From positions 26,228,001 to 26,292,000 of the forward strand of contig OZ076409.1 in NCBI GenBank assembly GCA_964187785.1: a stretch of 64,000 bases of DNA. Reading direction: 5' to 3'. Under the pieces are notes generated by a model. That model was not told where the DNA came from. It did no database searches and saw nothing but the letters and a program-made list of their open reading frames with translations. Positions 61,801 to 64,000 of this stretch are shown here, in pieces. Origin of the DNA: Amphiscolops sp. MND2022 (lineage: Eukaryota). Position 1 is the first letter of the stretch, and every line of letters starts with the position of its first letter. Position numbers and translations under genes: made by a program.

Positions 61801-63988
61801 ACATATATTTATACTTTTATTGGAATAGAACGTTGAATGAGGCCGGTGAATATTCCTTTGATTTTTTTGAGCAATGTGAAAGTCTTTTCGAATGTGCAGT
61901 CAATTCACCAAAGAATCCGTCTTTTTTTGATTTCCAGTAAAATAAAGTTTTTCCGAGTTCAAAGTTTGAAAAATTTCGCTCTTTAAACGGTGCCCTGGCT
62001 TATGCAGTTCCCTTGTTGAGACTGCAGGAACGGTTTACATGGTGTAGGCCTATATGCAGGGTAAGTTTTTTTATAAAACCCAGAAAATTCAGGTTAGTGC
62101 CCTAAATGCAGGAGCGAAGCGACGTGCTCTATGGCCATGCCTTGATTAAAGTCAAAATTTTTTCGCATGAATGTTTCCGTAAGAGTTTTAGTAAATTGTG
62201 GTAATCATAGTAAAAATTGTGGCAACAGTAAAGTATATGCAAAAATTCAAGCAGTTTCAACATGGGTTGCCGATTTGTTTGTAGTAATTCTTACCTGGTA
62301 GTCGAGTTTGACTCTCTTCATGTCCTCGTTGAGAATGGCCAGTGACTCGTCTCGTTCGTTTTTGATTCTCTCGATGTCTTCCTTCAAGTTTTCTATTTCT
62401 TCCTCTTTGTTCACTTTCAGTTTCTCCATTTCTGTCTGCAATAACACACTTTTTATACTAACAAGACGCCCGCTAAGCACCGGGATATTTTCAGCCTTCA
62501 CCAACTGAGCCTTAGTAACTAAAATAGTCAAGTAACTGAAATAGTTAAGTAACTAAAATAGTCAAGTAACTAAAATAGTCAAGTAACTGAAATAGTCAAG
62601 TAACTAAAATAGTCAAGTAACTGAAATAGTCAAGTAACTAAAATAGTCAAGTAACTAAAATAGTCAAGTAACTAAAATAGTCATGTGGAGATCGTGGAGA
62701 TTTGGCAGAATTTGGAAAAAAAAACAACACAAAATATGATTTTCCTCCCCAATTATATGTGGGCGGTAAATAGCAACACAGAAACCGAGTCTGTTGAGAA
62801 TTTTCGATCAAACTCTTGACTTTTTTTACCTTCTTCATGAAAAATCTCAATTGAGATTCCCAATTGAAATCAAATCACTCTCGTCTTATTGGATGTTTTT
62901 CTCCATTTTATTGCGCCTGCAAAAATTAATATCGAAGCCCAATTGTTAAAATTCGTCAATCGACCATGGTAGTAGTTATACTTGGCCTCTGCACTTAAAA
63001 CTAGTTGTGCATGAAATTTTGAAAATTAGCTGAAGGGGCTTAGATTTCAAACTTTGGTATAAGAAGCGTTGTCTGGTGTTACCACTACTGACCTGTAACC
63101 TCTTCACATCATGATCTCGCTCTTCCTTGGCTTTGGCGACTTCTCGTTTAGCCTCGCCCAGCTCACCGTTCTTCTCATCCAGAGCAGTTTTCATTGTCTG
63201 CTTCAAATTCTCTATCTCCTCCTAAAACCACACTTCTTTCTCCCCACCAGTCGTCAATGTTGGCAAAAATTTCAAACGTCATTAAAATGAGTTTTGTCTG
63301 CTTTGAATATTCCCATATAATTGATATTTTTCAACACTCGTTTTCTCGTTATCGTCGAATTGTTTACGGATCTAATCGAAAGCAAAGCTTTTGAAAATTT
63401 CAAAAAATACACGCCATTCATCTGTAAAATTTGATTAAATTCAAAAAGATGTTTCCGAAATGAAGTTCCCAAAAACAGCAAACACCTCCTTGATAAAATT
63501 TAGCAATTATTATTTGATCCGTAGACGTAATTCGGGCATTATTGCCACTCAGCCGCATAGGGGCGAAAACGCATTTCTCAACACACATCCATTATGCATT
63601 TTCGTTAAGCCATTCTCAAGACTTAATATTTTCCTAGTTAAATCTCCAAACATTTTCGAACATTCGCCTACAAATGAAGACTTGGGATATCTTTTCACCC
63701 ACGTTATAGGCAAAACGGTTACAGAAGAGTACATTTAATTCATTGACAAATATTGCGAAACAACGCGAGTAGCACAAAAAACTGACCTTAAGCATCTCGA
63801 TTTCTTTGAGCAGCTGGTCGATGAACTTGTCCTTCTCCTGTTTGACCTGTCTCATCTCGTCCTTGACCTCTTTGATTTCGGCGTCCTTGTCCTTCTTGGC
63901 TTGTTCTATCTCTGCGTTCTTCTTCGCCTTGATCTCGATGATCGCTTCCTTCAGAGCAGATATCTCACTGTCTCTTTCCTCTTTGGAC
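58822..63988 (-). CDS. 3' exons of a repetitive coiled-coil protein; exons 63787-~63988, 63093-63221, 62295-62435, 61226-61369, 60484-60774, 59738-59893, 58822-58974
   Basis: All junctions GT-AG and phase 0; repeated K.EKD.EI..L(K/R) motif; ends ...LKDSAMDDEE*. The 5' part lies outside the window. Confidence 0.85.
59128..59299. mobile_element. pogo/Tigger-like MITE
   Basis: Imperfect TIR CAGTCGTACCTCG / TGAGGTCCAACTG; TA present on the right only. Confidence 0.4.
62514..62682. repeat. 17-bp minisatellite (AAGTAACTAAAATAGTC), about 10 copies, intronic
   Basis: Directly visible tandem array. Confidence 0.9.
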
Positions 63989-64000
63989 CTGTCAACAGTC

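Overview
AT-rich, intron-containing animal genomic DNA, probably an invertebrate; the lineage cannot be fixed from this window. It is dominated by transposable elements. Four host genes can be reconstructed with GT-AG splice sites: a 4-exon Cys-loop (nAChR-like, non-alpha) channel subunit (3370-8508, +), a B-box/coiled-coil terminal exon (44529-45271, -), a 4-exon secreted KR-Q-repeat precursor (47051-51812, +) and the 3' exons of a repetitive coiled-coil protein (58822-63988, -). Mobile DNA includes two BEL/Pao LTR retrotransposons (one partial at 1-2325, one full-length at 35049-43934), two degenerate Gypsy loci, a near full-length CR1-group LINE with a (TAC)157 tail, an Ingi/I-like LINE with a 5' inversion nested in an L2-like LINE, a CORE-type tRNA SINE, many DINE-1/Helentron-like repeats and several MITEs. 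The main discovery candidate is that the two very divergent BEL/Pao elements (different LTRs, PBS and gag) each carry a homologous, intact ~195-aa extra ORF between the PBS and gag, with SGNH-hydrolase-like motif spacing. The full-length element also has a tRNA-derived Pol III-type A/B-box cassette inside both LTRs. Other highlights are a UGA-CUA in-frame ORF1/ORF2 junction in the CR1 element (probable readthrough) and a 2A-like peptide in the inverted LINE 5' end. All calls come from reading the sequence by eye; no database searches were run.
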